Shown in pieces: positions 23,161 to 37,818 of a stretch of 64,000 nucleotides of DNA. Each line of letters starts with the position of its first letter. The stretch's first letter is position 1. A program made the position numbers and the translations under genes. Under the pieces are notes generated by a model. That model was given only the letters and a program-made list of their open reading frames with translations. It had not been told where the DNA came from and did no database searches. Source of the DNA: Octopus sinensis (Eukaryota); contig NC_043006.1 in NCBI RefSeq assembly GCF_006345805.1, positions 17,732,001 to 17,796,000 of the forward strand, read 5' to 3'.

Positions 23161-23763
23161 TTTAGAAGATGGAAAATAACAGATGGCAATGGCAATGGCA
23201 GTGATGATGATGATACTGACGAATCTGGCAGGGACAGTAATGATGATGATATAACAAGTTTGTTGTGCAGAAAATATTCTATTGACAAATATATGACTTT
23301 CTTAGTTTTCTCTCCCAGTAGGTTTATATGCAAAAACAGAAGGTCCCTTTGACAAACAAATTTCTTATAGCTTTGCATGTAATGTAGCTTGAATCGTTTA
23401 AAGTCATTTGTCATATGATGTGTTATATAATCATCATCATCATCATATATCCACTTTCCCTGCTGGCATGGATTGAATGAGTTGTCCCAATCCAAATCAA
23501 TTCTTATTGAGGGTTTGATATTGCAAATTGATCGATTCTAATATCAATGAAGATAGATTCCAATATTGAATTTTACTAATCTCAGATAACTTCTACATTT
23601 TTCTTTTCAATATACATCACAAGGGCCTAGTCTATAGTTTGTAAGAGGACAGTTAGAGATAAACTGTGGTGTGGTGATTTTTCAATGGAGTTAACATCAT
23701 GAATGAAATGGGGATGGAGGTGAAGATGAGGTGAAGCTCTCTCATAATTTTGGCTTGCTACTA

Positions 23764-23904
23764 TAAGGTTGTCCCAAAAGTTCATAGAAAATCTTGGAAA
23801 ATAATGGTCTTTATTTTGAGGAATAATTTTTGTTGTTTTTGTTAGTACTTGGCGAGTAAAAATTAAATTTTCGCAAGTGTTTACAAACTTTTGGGACAAC
23901 CTAA
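23764..23904. mobile_element. 141-bp mariner-type MITE, TA TSD (second copy)
   Basis: Same length and near-identical sequence to 18155-18295. Confidence 0.87.
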
Positions 23905-25311
23905 TATAATTTATTATTGTCTTCTAATCAAGAATCTTACAAATCTAATACATAAGAATCGAGAATCTTACAAAACAAATACTTAAGCATAACATATTCT
24001 AATTATTATTGATGTATTATTATGATTGGTTTTGCTTTTCTTCCAAATATTTTTATGCTTCTACTGAAACATCCATAATACTCAGAATGAAATCAACATT
24101 TTTGTTTTTACTTGTAAACTCAAAACACATCACAGATTAACTTTTTGTTTTTGTATTGGTTTTATATCAAATACATTCAGGTTAAGATATTTGTGTGTCT
24201 TCAGAGCTGTTCACATCTGGTTTAGAACCTCTTTGTCTGAGAGGCACATTGCCAGAATCAGTTTTGTCATGGGCAAGGAACAGTGTGCTGGGAAGTCCTA
24301 TGTTAACATGTTAAGTTATGAGCAAGAGGGAAATTATTTTCAACCATGTTTTATTGAAGAAGTATGGTTTCTGGTTCAGTTCCACTGCATGGCACCTTGG
24401 GTAAGTGTCATCTACTCTAGTCCTGAGCTGGTTAAATCCTTCTGAGTGGATTGTGAATAGACAATGAAGGAAGCTCACTGTGTGTGTGTGTGTGTGTGTG
24501 TGAATTACTGCCTCCTTGCTTTGAAATTACATATTTGTAAACAAGTATTACTGTTATGCCATCAGGACTCTTCATTTCCAATATTCTGTGAAAGCATCTC
24601 TGGTCTTGGAGAAATATTAACCTTACTTGGAAGCAGGTGAGGATTGGCAACATGACAGCTCTCTGGACATAGAAAGTCCACTCCTACTAACATTCTGTCT
24701 GACCCATGCAGCATAGAAAAGTGACCCTTTTTCTTCTGATCAGCTCCCCAGCCGCTGATGTCGTCCCACAGTGGCACCTTGGGCCAGTGTCTTTTCTATA
24801 GCCTTGGGCCAACCAAAGCCTTGAGAGTGGATTTAGTAGATGGAACTGAAGCCTATCATGTGTGTGTGTTTGTCACCCACCAGTGTTGGTGTTTTTATGT
24901 CCCTGTAAGTTAGCAGTTTGGCAAAGGGACCAATAGAATAAGTATCAGATTTAAACAAGAAATAAATAAGTACTGGGGGGTCATTTCATTCAACTAAAAA
25001 AAAAAAAAAAAAAATTGAAGGTGGTGCCCCAGCATGGTCGCAGTCAAAAGGCTAAAACAAGTAAGAGAGATAAAAGAGATCCAATTTCAAATTTTAAGGT
25101 AAACTATCTGCTATAAGTGCAATGGTTGTAGTGAGGTCAGACATTGCTTTGATCTCAGTCATTGCATCTCGTCTATATTTAGACTATGTTCAAAGAGTAA
25201 TATTGGATTTTGGTTATGCAACCCGTCTGGTTTGTTCTTCTCTTCATTATTTGTTCTAGTGATATAATATGTAGTTATTTATGTTAAGCAAACTTGGAGT
25301 TTTATAGAAAA

Positions 25312-25620
25312 CTAGCAGTATAGCCCAGCGTTGTTCAGGTTTGTTTTGTTTTTGACCCTTTAGAATTGGAATTTTGGAAAAGTAAAAATTTTGCATTATG
25401 TAGCTTGCTATTCTCTTTAAGTGAACATTTTTCTGGTTGAAATACACCAAAAAATAGTGACACAGCAGTAAAAAAATTGTAAAAAATAAGGATTTTCATA
25501 GGAAAAATGCACCTTTTTGATGTAAATAATTTTTGGTGTTAACATGGTCCGATTTGATTTTTATCTTCTACGGAATGAAGAGCAAACCTTCTTCTATAAT
25601 ACTCTCAATTTTGGTCAACT
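25312..25620 (-). mobile_element. 5'-truncated non-autonomous Helitron
   Basis: Reverse-complement homologue of 53565-53986, ending CTAG|T on the minus strand. Confidence 0.75.
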
Positions 25621-26518
25621 GTCACCAACTCTCACCTGTTTCCAAACAAGGTAATATTTCTACATGGCCAGACATGAATTTACTGGAAGACTGGACTGGA
25701 AATATACAACATTGTTTGTATGATAGTTATGTTTATCTACAACCTTCACCTGATGTCAAGATAAAGGTGCACACACACACACACATACATTTATATATAC
25801 AAACATATGGTGAGCTTCTTTTGGTTTTCACCTACCAAATTCACTTAAAAGGCTTTGGTCTACTAGGGGCCATTGCAGAAGGCACTTGCCCAAGGTGCTA
25901 TGCAGTAGGATTGAACCCAGTACCACATAGTTGTGAAGTAAACTTCTTAACTTCACACATCCATGCCTGCATCCCTGGAAAATATTCACACCTATAAATA
26001 CTTACACATCATCATTATCTTTTAATGTCCATCTTCCATGCTCACATGATCCAACAGGATCCAAAACACACAGTCAAACCACAGCGTGTGCTTTGACATG
26101 GTTCCTACAGCTGGATACCCTTCCTAATGCTAACCACGCTACAGAGTGTACTAGATGTGTTTTTCATTACACTAACATTAATGAGGTCAACAACATAATT
26201 TACCAGGTTAAAAATCCTCAGGACAATTAATAATAATAATAAACGTACTGAGGAAGACAAGAAATTAATGATGACGGTTGTTTTTTTCTTTTGTTATTAT
26301 TTAGGCAGCCAGCTGGTAGGATTTTTAGTTCACCAGACAAAATACTCAGTGGTATTTCATCCGTCTTTACACTCTGAGTTCAAATTCTTTCAAGGTCGAC
26401 TTTGTCTGCCATCCTTTCAGAGTTGATGAAATAAATACCAGTTGAGCACTGGGGATGATGCAGTTGACTGCCCACTCTCCCAAAATTTCAGGCCTTATGC
26501 TTATAGTAGAAAGAGCTA

Positions 26519-26521
<3 letters not shown>

Positions 26522-26577
<56 letters not shown>

Positions 26578-26578
26578 G
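26522..26578. repeat. (TTA)n microsatellite
   Basis: Uninterrupted run of about 19 units. Confidence 0.95.
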
Positions 26579-27769
26579 AGTGAGAGAGCAGTGCATATCA
26601 TCAAAGTGACACTGGGGTAAAATATACGAAGCCCAGTATACCCATCATGACTACCCGTCTAAATAATGCATCACAACTATATGTGTGTGACATGGGGATC
26701 TCATATCAAGATGAACAGCGCATGACCTTGCAGGTGGGGCCCAGTTAGAATTTTCTTCAGATTGAGTAACCCATCTGCTCAAAAGTTCCCTGAATAAGGT
26801 TATTATTATTATTATTATTATTATTATAGTTAGATTTATTGGTTATTATACTAACTCTTTCAAGTCAAAGAGAAAATAAATGACATAAATATCAAACTGA
26901 TAAATTTCACATTTATTTGAGTCCTGTCTTAAAATTAAAAAAATGAAAGCAAAATATCCAAAGATCATAATATGAGATTATGGAGAAAAATAGAAAAAGG
27001 AAAAAGAAAGAGAATTTGTGACTTCTCTTTGACATCTTAATCCTCGTTGACATCAAACTGCATGAAAACAGAAGAATTATTACTGTACAAGGAATCTGAA
27101 AATGTAATGAGGAAAATATTGAAAATTACATTACAGACTATATTAAAAAATTGAAAAATAACTGCTTTGAAAATTGCATTTATAAAAAACCTTTAGCCAC
27201 AGTATCATCATCATCCTCATTGTTTTAACGTCCACTTTGCCATGGCTGTAGGGGTTAGATGAAATTTCATTGCAACAAATTTTCTATGGGTGGATGTCCT
27301 TTCTGTTGTCAACCCTCACCTCTTTTCAAATAAGGTAACATTTCCCCTTGGCTAGACATTTAAAAATAATTTTTTTATGCAGTACTGAAAATGGGTGATA
27401 CTGCTTGTATGATGTTGACAATCATTTGATGTCAAGACAGGGAGTCAAAACACACACACACAAATATATATACATATGCAATGGGCTTCTTTCAGTTGCT
27501 GTCACCCAAATCCACTTGCAAGACTTTGATCAGCCTGGAGCTCTTGTAGACACTTGCCCAAGGTGTCATGTAATGGTACTGAACTTAAAACCATGTGGTT
27601 AGGAAGCTAACTTCTTGACTACACAGCTCTGCCCAAGCCATCGTACAAATTTATGCATTATCCAACAAAAATAACTCCATTAAATGCAGCAAGCATTCTA
27701 CACATAGATCCTCTCATTATAATGGGGGAAAAAGAATGTATTCAACATTTAAATCTGTTGTTATTTTTC

Positions 27770-28160
27770 TATCTTTTACTTGTTTCAGTCTTTAGACTCT
27801 GGCCATAGTGGGGGCACTGCCATGAAAGGTTTTAGTTGAACAAATCACTCCCAGAGCTTTTTTGTTTTTTTAAGTCTAGAACTTATTCTATTGGTCTCTG
27901 TTGCCGAACCGCTAAGTTACAGGGTTGTAAACAGACCAACACTGCTTGTCAAGCTGTGGTGGAGGACAAACATTGACACAAAAAGAGAGAGAGAGAGTGA
28001 GATGCACACGACTGGCTTCTTTCAGTTTCTGTCTACCAAATCCACTCAGAAGGCTTTGGTTGGCCTGAGGCTACAATAGAAGACACTTGCCCAAAACACT
28101 ACACAGTGGGACTGAACCAGGATCCATGTGGTTTGGAAGCAAGCTTCTTACCACACAGCC
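27770..28160 (-). mobile_element. Older CORE-type SINE (family A)
   Basis: Diverged reverse-complement match. Confidence 0.75.
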
Positions 28161-30018
28161 ATAAAGCACTGCCTTTGTTTCAGTTAATTGTGACAATATC
28201 AAAGAATTTAGTAAAATAATTCTGTCATTATTAAGCTGGTCTTTGGAACATAAATTTACACAAAGTTTTTGATGGAAGGTTTCACTTTAAGACGGAGGGT
28301 TTGTATCTGAACCCAGAGTAGTCTTAGGCAGATCGGTATAAAAAGGATTAAAATGTAATCTTAAAATGGTACCTTATAAAATAGCAAAATGTTTATTTTA
28401 TACTAAATACCAGTATTTCTCAACACCATTATCAATAATGCAAAAGTAGAAACTTCTATTTTGCCAATAAGAGAACCTCTGTGCAGTTGTTTGACTTGAG
28501 TAAACTAGTAGCCAAATTTTCCTTAAATCACATCCTGCTATTTTAAAAAAGAGAAAGAGACACGTTCAAAAATGTAATGACCCTGGATGCCCCTAAAAAG
28601 ACAGGATGGTTATGACTGAAATGCTTTTGACTATAATTTTAGTCAATAACATTTCACCTGGTGCTAAATAACAACCTACAGACATCCAACTATGAAGGAG
28701 AGAGAGCCTCTCTATTGTTACTTGACTTAGTTGAAATAATAACCAAATTAACCCTCTATCATTAAACAAATATTGAAAGGACACATTAGATATTGTATTC
28801 TTTGGTATATTATGTTTAAATAAGAAATAGGTATGTCACAGTTGGAATGGTATCGGTCTTAGCCCCGGACTTGTGTTTAGTCCCAGATATGCTCAGAATC
28901 AGTGTACCTATGACCAAAGGCATTCCAGCTGAGACCAACCCCTTCTTCTTATAATTATCTATGATGACATTGTTCAATGTGTTCATCCTGTTTTTAACAA
29001 TATAATTTGAAAGGATTTGGCTGCTATTTCTAATAGATTAAATGGTTCCATTGAGTAATTCCCATGTTGGCAAAGGCCAGAAAAATCTGGGGTGGAGTTT
29101 AGTAAATTTATTTAATTAACCATTGAAGGATAAAATGTAGCAGACAGAAAAAAAAGGATGTGATAATCATGCCTTTTTTTTTCTGAATAGTCATGAATGT
29201 TAACTCACCTGTTGCCTCTTATAAAATATTGCTAATGATAAAATTTACAAAAATTTATTATATTGGCATGAGGTATAGTCCTAGAAGAGGCAAAGAATTA
29301 GAGAACTGATGGTAATTTATGTCGATCCTGTCTCATACAAATGTATGTAGAAATAGAAATTTAGCTGTTCCCATTGGACTACCAAACCAGATTATATTGG
29401 TTCTCCAAGAGCTTTCCATCATGCCACTATGCACAACATAAGATGAGCAAACTCGAGCTATATTTGCACTACTGCTACTCCATATAATCACCTCAATGAT
29501 AGTTAATCTTTCAGCTCTAGCAATAATGATAAACACCGCTATATTAGTAGAGTTCTCATTTTGCGGAAAGTTTAATAAACTAAAAGTTCTAATTAATTGG
29601 AATAGCTATATGTGCGCTAAGATAGTATGATCACATAAACCAATATTGGTCTGATGTTGTAGAGTATTTATAGCTAGGCTTATTGATTTGATTATGAAGT
29701 TACTCCGATGCTTATACTTCTATATTTCCGAGATCACTGGCAGATATTGATTTCATACATTGGCACAAGGTCACAAATTTGTGGAGAATAATAGACTCAG
29801 TCGAATCAGCTTTGGTGTATGACTGCTACTTATTCTATAAGTAGTGTCAGGTGAAAGAGTGGAGTACTGGAATGCACCTGTTTTATTGGTATTCAAATAT
29901 GTTGAGAGCATAGTATATGACTAAAATCTGCTGTCAGTATTATATTTATGATTCTTGTTTCCCATATAGTTTTTTTTTTGTCTAAAATGGAAATGCCTCA
30001 ACATATAACTGTACCTTA

Positions 30019-30236
30019 AGGCGGTGAGCTGGCAGAAATGTTAGCACGCTGGGTGAAATGCGTAGCCGTATTTTGTCTGCCGCTACGTTCTGAGTTCAAA
30101 TTCCACCGAAGTCGACTTTGCCTTTCATCCTTTCGGGATCGATAAATTAAGTACCAGTTATGCACTGGGGTCGATATAATCGACTTAATCCATTTATCTG
30201 TCCTTGTTTGTCCTCCCTTGTGGGTAGTAAAGAAAT
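30019..30236 (+). mobile_element. tRNA-derived SINE (family B) with 16-bp TSD
   Basis: ACATATAACTGTACCT at 30001-30016 and 30237-30252. Confidence 0.92.
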
Positions 30237-30406
30237 ACATATAACTGTACCTATCTTTCAAACTTTGTAAATCAGTTTACTTCCTTATTGCATATTATGA
30301 AGACACTTTTCTTTTAATTTTTACTACATTATACTTTGTGAGTTTGCTCTAGCACTTCATCACTACCATCTTTGTCTTCTTTCTAGTTACTCCCACCCTT
30401 ATGTAA

Positions 30407-31190
30407 TATTGTGTCATCCCATAAATAATGCAGTTCTTTTATACTTCTTTTATTTTTCATAAGATAAACAAAGTTCTCTTTTAATTTAAAATATACGCTC
30501 CTTCCTTTTCTACAATGTTCTTCCATCTGTCTGGTAGACTTGCAAGGACCTTCTTCCAGAATTCACTTGTCTGTGACAAAAAATACTCCTCCGGTACTGT
30601 TCTGATCTCATCTGCAGAATTCATATTTTTTCCGTCCAAACAATTTTGAAGTCTGTGGAATAAATAATAATCAGATGGGGCAATGTTTGGCGCATATGGT
30701 GAGTGGGGCATCGTTTCCTATTCAAACTCCTCCAGCCTTTGGAATGTCATCCTCGCTGTATGTGGCCGAGCATTATTCTGATGGAAGAACACCTTTCATC
30801 TTGAAACCAAAGATGGTCATTTTTCTTCTAGTGCTGACTTGAGCTACTCACAGTAGATCTCCTTTGTTACCGTTTGGTTTGAATTTAAAAGTTCAAAGTG
30901 AACTAAACCTTTCATATCCCACCAAACAGATAACAACTCCTTACATGGGTGAAGACCTCCTTTAGCCTGGGATGACAGTGTTTCTCCTTTCCCTACCCAC
31001 TATCTTCAGCACTTGACATATTTATACAGAACCCATTTCTCGTCACCAGTCATTATTGGGTCCAAAACAGGTTCATTCATGAGATGTGACAGCAAAGAAG
31101 AGCACACATTCACTCTCTGCATGCGATTAGAGTTGGAAAGTTTGTGAGGAACCCATTGACCCAATTTGCTGACTTTTTCCAATGGATTTG
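30407..31190 (-). pseudogene. Decayed mariner (DD34D) transposon: 3' part of the transposase plus right TIR
   Basis: Reverse strand gives WVPHKL...IMTGDEKW...VWWDMKGLVHFELL...FHQNNARPHTA...PHSPYAPNIAPSDYYLFHRLQNCLDGK...LPDRWKNIVEKEGAYI*, with stops and frameshifts. A TIR-like TTGTGTCATCCCATAAATAATGCAGTT lies at about 30409-30435. Confidence 0.9.
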
Positions 31191-31369
31191 TTAGACAGAA
31201 ACTAAAACTGTTGTGTGCATGTGTATGGGAGGATGGTTTTATGTTGTCTGTGTATTACTCTGCATTTGCGCTTCTGCAAAAATCACTGAGCTACAAGTAA
31301 TGATGTTGTTCTCATTTCCTTTGTCAAATATAGATGATTCGTTGACAAAGGGAAATTACAAAAACATCA

Positions 31370-31580
31370 AGAGGGGAAGGTGGCAAACTGGCAGAAACGT
31401 TAGCATGCTGGGTGAAATGCTCAGTGGTGTTTCATCTGTCTTTACATTCTGAGTTCAAATCTTCCAAGATTATCCTTTTGGGGTTGATAAATTAAGTACC
31501 AGTTGCATTCTGGGGTCGATCTAATCGACTAGCCCCCTCCCCCAAAATTTCAGGCCTTGTGCCTAGAGTAGAAAATGAAT
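31370..31580 (+). mobile_element. Family B SINE with alternative tail (CCCCCAAAATTTCAGGCCTTGTGCC)
   Basis: Same head and body as the other family B copies but a different 3' end. This tail is also seen at about 14030, 26480 and 58510-58760. Confidence 0.75.
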
Positions 31581-32532
31581 GACATTAAGAGGGGAAATGG
31601 CTTTGAGCCTCTGAAGACAAGTGTAATAAGATAGGTTTTATTTGAAAAAACAAGTAAGAGTTAGTGATAGGAGGAGCATCCAACCGTAAAACAATGACCT
31701 AATAATATATTCATTTAACCCATGCTAAGAAAAAGTAAAACAAAACGAATGAAACAAATGAATATATTCTACCATTCCTGATGAAATCTTTCCATTTTGT
31801 TTTAAGTTTTTTTTTTTTTTTTGTGTGTGTGTGTGTGTCTTCCACAAATCTAAATTTTGATGTGGATCTGCTAAAGTGTGTTGTATGACCCTAGAACATT
31901 ATCTTAACCTTTTTGATATTAACTGAGGCCACCCCTAGTTTTATGATACAAGCTTCCTGTTTTAAAGTAATCAAGATTTAAAACCTTCCATCAAAATTCA
32001 ATGTTGAATTATCTTTCAAATATCAGTTTAATATCATTGTCATCATCATTTCCTTTCCATGCTTTCATAAGTTGAATAAAATTTATTGAGGTAGATTTTC
32101 TATGATTTTATGCCCTTTTTCTCACCAACCCTTACCTGTTTCCGAGCAAGGTAATATTTCTCCACTGCTAGACATGTTCAGAAAATGTTGAAATTCATAC
32201 ATAGCAATCACATGGTGTCAAGTTGAGGAGACAACCACACATGCTTACACAAATACACATACATACATACACTCATAAACGCACACACACACTGGTCTTT
32301 TTCCATTTTCCATCTTATAAGGTTTTGGTTGGCCCACAATTATTACAGAAGACACTATTCTAAGGTACCTCACAGTATGATTGAACTCAAAACCATGAGG
32401 TTGAAAAGCAAACCTCTTAACCACACAACCATACCTGCACCTATTTTATTTTTCTTCATTATTTTCATAATTAACTAAATCAAAAATAGTGTGTTTCAAC
32501 AGAAATATGGTAACAAATCAATTATTGCCAAC

Positions 32533-32586
<54 letters not shown>

Positions 32587-34156
32587 TATATATATTCTAC
32601 CAGACTCTTACAATGCAATTTGTTTATCTGTCACTCATTAGCATTAGATAGGTCTCGTGTAATGTGATATTTATATTTGTTTATTGTGGCTCTGCTCTTT
32701 GGATGTCATAGATCTAGTTTGTAAGCAATATAATCAAAGAAGACGGGTGTTGTTTATATAATGTTATTTACATTATTTATTATTTGTTGTTGTTGTTAGA
32801 GCTGTTGGTTTGTTATTAGAATCTGATTATGTATTTCTGGACTTGTAGGAGTGGTGTAATTTGTAATTCATGTAAATAACTACCAGGCTTTGTCTGAACT
32901 ACTACATAAACTCACCCGAGAATCACAGTAGTCGTTTTTCATCTATAAATATTGATTTGTTGTAGAAATGTTCTTAATCTTATTCCTAATCTCTTACATA
33001 ACTTCATGTAGTTTCTTTTCGTTGTAAGATAAGCCTCATAATAAATGTCATTATTATTACATTTTCTGCTCTTTTTCTTCGGCTTTGATTTTTAGCGCTG
33101 TTAATTATCTGCATAAATACAGATGTTAAGATATTACTGCACAGAACACTTATAAGCAAAACCTCCTACCTAAATTGCATCTGTCAGGTAGATGCAATTT
33201 AATTACTCTCGACAACACTATTACCATTAACTACATAATTACTGGATCTAAGATAGTACTGATGCAATTTAACTCTAGGACTACAGCATCAATTATTTTC
33301 AAAAAAATTTTTTTTTTATTTAAAAAAAATTTTTCTCTCTAGTAATTACTAGAAATCATTAACTTTCTGTTTTGGAATGTTTTTCTTTTTTTATGTTTAT
33401 TCTTTTTCACTTTCTTTCTTCCCTTTTTTTTTCTGTCTCTCTTCCCTCCCTATACACACACTTTGTATCACAATCACCTAGCACTTCACTATAAGGGCTT
33501 TGAAATAATGGCAATATCTCTTTTTTTTTTACTGCTTCATTGTTCAATCTGTGTGTAGCAAGCAACATGAAGTACATAAAAAGCCTCCTGGCAAGTCTGC
33601 TCTATTCCTACTTCTTCAGCTTCACTCTTCTGTTCTCTCCCTTACTTACTATATTTTTTCTTCCTTACATTTTTTAATATTTTACTCCTTACTCCTTCCT
33701 CATGCACATGCAGCCATTTACATTAACTATTGTAATATATAAATGTCACACTCTTATTTCCCCTCTAACTAAAAAAGAATTTCTGTGCTTATGATGTAAA
33801 AAGAAAAATTATTACAATTGTTGGCTGAGCTATGTTGTTAATGGCAACAGTTAAACGCATCTTAGAGTAATGATTGAGTTCAGTCTACTTTGGTCAGTTC
33901 AACATTCATCAGGTTGGTGATCAATAAAATAATATCAGTGATATGCCAAATAACTGAGTACTACTGAGCACCTGGCTCACAAAAAAGATGTATCAATGAA
34001 AGGAATCAGTTTGCTGATCAATTAAATAAATATTAGTATTATATGACACAACTGAATTCCACTGAGTATCTAGCTCAGAATAAATCAGTGAAGAAAATTT
34101 TTAATTAATTTTTATTATCAATTTCATGATCAAGGAAAAAATACCAGTAATATATC

Positions 34157-34506
34157 CGTAACAGGATGAGAGATTCCCCGCACTGGATGGGTGCAGCTCG
34201 CATCCTTTACATTAAATATTAATCAAAGAAAAAGTCAAGATTTCTGATTAACTTCAACAGTATAAATATTTATTCTTCGATTCGCAATATAAACATTTCC
34301 TTCCTCTGGACAAATCGGCAACCTAGGAGCTTATCGGCAGTAGTCAAGTGGAGTGAGTCGATCCTGCCTGTTCAAGCATAGCGGAGATGCACTTGGACGC
34401 TAGCTGTTGAAGTTAATCGGAAATCTTAACTCTTTCTTCGATTAATATTTAGTGTAAAGGATGTGAGCTGCACCCATCCAGTGCGGGAATCTCTCATCCT
34501 GTTACA
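34157..34506. mobile_element. 350-bp long-TIR MITE with (T/C)GTAACA...TGTTACA ends and a 4-bp TSD (Ginger-like)
   Basis: About 103-bp inverted arms (34157-34260 and 34404-34506) with few mismatches. TATC at 34153-34156 and 34507-34510. Confidence 0.85.
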
Positions 34507-35659
34507 TATCAAATGAGTATCTAAAAGAGGCTGTATCCCATAAAAGGAATTTTTAATTTTCATGATTTATTTTGGTAATCAATAAAATATACATGAGTAA
34601 TATGCTGAAATGGGTGAGTAGCACTGAGCATCTTGTTCAGAAATAAGCCAATGTATCTATGGAAGAAATTGTTAATAAATATATTTTAACGATCAATTTG
34701 TTGATCGATTCAGTATTATATATCAAGTGACTATCATTGCGAGTCTAGCTCAGAAAAAAGGTGCTATATCAGTGAAAGGCATTGTTAATATATTAATTTT
34801 TATGATCAGTTGGGTGAGCATTTAAATATATATCAGTAATATATCACTGAGAATCTAGTACCAAAAAAAAAAAAAAAAGATACTATATTAATGAAAGGAA
34901 TTGTTAATTTTCATGATCTATTTGGTGATCAATGAAATAGCAGTAATCAATCAAAATAACTGAGTGTACACCTCAGAAAAAATAGATTCTGTATCAGCGG
35001 AAAAAAAAAAATTGCTAATAAATTTAATTTTCATGATTTTAGATGTTTTGAAATAATTAATGTACATATTCAGTTTAGAATTTTCATTTAATATTGCTGT
35101 TATGGTTATGGATGATTAATGGTATATGAGTTATTGAATTATATTCTCCGCTCCTCTTGAAAGCGTTTCACATAAATATTTTATTGATTCTATTATGTTA
35201 GCAGTGTTATTATATTTTGCGTGTGAGCGATATCTTCCTACAAGAAGGTCGACATGGATTCTAATTCAGTGTGTATTATTCCAGCTTCTGCCTTAATATC
35301 ACAATATCTACATATGATATTGATTTATTTAGGCAAGGCACTGACCAGGTTCTTCTTCTTGCTTTTGTTATTGTTTTAACATAAAAGGAATTTTCATAGC
35401 AACATATTACTGATACCCATTTTATCAACCTCTACCTTAAGCTGTGCAGTAGAAGTAGTCCTATAATGTAAATATTACCAATTTCACATACTTAACACGT
35501 TTCAATGCCAGAAGCTCTGGTTTTCCATATGCAAAAAAGTGGTGGCCATCCCATGAATCATTGTGGTTGATGCCAGTACCATGTAAATGGCATCTGTGAA
35601 TTGTAGTTGTGGTCATTGTCGGTGCCATGTAAATGACATCTATGAGTCGTCATGATTGT

Positions 35660-36025
35660 TGCTGTCGAGCGAAGCGGTTTTCGTCCCAGAGTGGGAGAAG
35701 TCCAAAACATAGTCCTTTGCTATTCTTAAGACCCGCAGAAGAGAAAGCAGGTCAACCCCTGACGCCGAGAGCATCGACGGATGGATGAATGTGCATCCAG
35801 GCTCAGCGGTTGCGTAGGAGGTCAGGGATAAGAAACAGGAAGAAGGAGTGAGAGAAAGTTGAAGTGAAAGAGTACAACAGGGGTCGCCACCACCCCCTGC
35901 TGGAGCCTCATGGAGCTTTTAGGTGTTTTCGCTCAATAAACACACACAATGCCCAGTCTGGGAATCGAAACCACAATCCTCCAACTGCAAGTCCACTGCC
36001 CTAACCACTGGGCCATTGTACCTCC
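35660..36025 (-). mobile_element. tRNA-derived SINE (family C), tail type 3
   Basis: Head and body match 5250 and 46677 up to CTTCCTGTTTCT, then an unrelated tail. Confidence 0.82.
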
Positions 36026-36599
36026 ACTGTTGCTGGTGTCATGTAACTGGCATCCAAAAACACCCATTACACTCCAAGAGTGGTTGATGTCAGGAAGGAC
36101 ATCCAGCCGTAGAAACCGTACTAAATCAGACTGGAACCTGGTGCAGCTCTCTGGCTTATCAGCTCCAGTCAAACCATTTAACCCATACCAGCATGGAGAG
36201 TGGACATACACACAAATTTCATCCCTTCTGCCCATAATAGAAAGGACTATTATTGTTATTGGCTGTAAGGTGTACATATTTTAAAAATGAAATACACACA
36301 GAATAACCGATCCCCTGTCTATATCAGAAGTGTCCACTTTATTTTACACAACCTTGCACATCCTTTGTGCTCTCTCTCAAATGATCCAATCAGCAAAAGA
36401 ATCTGATAATGGATTTGGATTGTTCTACAGTCACAGAGAGTGGGTTCTGCATTGTATCCTAAATCCACTTAAGCAATCATGGTTAAGCCAAATCTAATAA
36501 GGAACTAATTAAGATATTTCCCACTTGTTCTATATAAACTCTAAGCTCCTTAATGAATCGCCTCCTGTGTTGTCCATCTTCATATATGGAATTAGTGGA

Positions 36600-36817
36600 C
36601 TCTCTCTTTTACTCTCTCTTTTACTTGTTTCAGTCATTTGACTGCGGCCATGCTGGAGCACCGCCTTTAGTCGAGCAAATCGACCCCGGGTCTTATTCTT
36701 TGTAAGCCCAGTACTTATTCTATCGGTCTCTTTTTGCCGAACCGCTAGGTGACGGGGACGTAAACACACCAGCATCGGTTGTCAAGCAATGCTAGGGGGA
36801 CAAACACAGACACACAA

Positions 36818-36856
<39 letters not shown>

Positions 36857-37028
36857 CATATATACGACAGGCTTCTTTCAGTTTCCGTCTACCAAATCCA
36901 CTCACAAGGCATTGGTCGGCCCGGGGCTATAGTAGAAGACACTTGCCCAAGATGCCACGCAGTGGGACTGAACCCGGAACCATGTGGTTGGTTAGCAAGC
37001 TACTTACCACACAGCCACTCCTGCGCCT
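36600..37028 (-). mobile_element. CORE-type SINE (family A), full length
   Basis: Near-identical reverse complement of the 18774 and 48055 copies. Confidence 0.92.
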
Positions 37029-37171
37029 ATTTATTAAACACACATGACTTCCCTTAGTAATGGCTGTTAATACAATGAGATGACCATCCCCTCAACACGA
37101 GGAGTAATTAGACATTTAAATTTGAAATTAAGGAATTATGATGAAAAAGTTGCATAGAAATCACATTATTT

Positions 37172-37555
37172 ATTTATTCTTTTACTTGCTTCAGTCATTT
37201 GACTGCAGCACCATCTTCAGGGGTTTTAGTGAGACAATTCGACCACCAAGACTTTTTTAAAAAGCCTACTACTTATTCTATCAGGCCCTTTTGCCGAACC
37301 ACTAAGTTACAAGGACATAAACACACCAACACCAGTTGTCAAGCAGTGATAGACAAAATCACACACACACACACACATACATGCATACACATGACGGACT
37401 TCTTTCAGTTTCCGTCTACCAAATCCACTCACAAGGCTTTTGGTTGGTCTCAGGTTATAGTAGAAGACACCTGCCAAAGGTGTCATGCAGTGGGACTGAA
37501 CCCAGAACATTGTGGTTGGAAGCAAGCTTCTTACTACACAGCCATACCTGCTCCT
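37172..37555 (-). mobile_element. Older CORE-type SINE (family A)
   Basis: Diverged reverse-complement match. Confidence 0.8.
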
Positions 37556-37818
37556 ATATTTATTTTTTTGTTTAACTATTGCAAAATTCTTGCAATTATT
37601 AGCCATACCTTCTGCAATTGTGTGTAGGTAGTTGTTTGGAAACATCTGGAAGAACAGTGGATGTTATGAAATACTTTCAATGATTGCATCTTCGTATTTG
37701 TTAATATCTGTGTAAGATGTCTTTTATCAGACATATGTTTGTTTCTTCCAGCCCTGTTAGCACTAACTTTTCATAGTATCAGGTGGGGTAATACCAGGTG
37801 ACAGGTAAAGGTTATTAA

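Noticed and set aside
29215-29740. Possible NUMT or membrane-protein pseudogene (long hydrophobic near-open frames on both strands)
   Set aside because: No recognisable mitochondrial protein motif in either genetic code. One frame weakly resembles a degraded RTE C-terminus, but the signal is too weak to call. A BLASTX search would settle it.
32600-33110. Possible degraded Penelope GIY-YIG coding remnant on the minus strand
   Set aside because: Only a loose C...IYYEAYLT resemblance with many stops, and no intact GIY/YIG motif.
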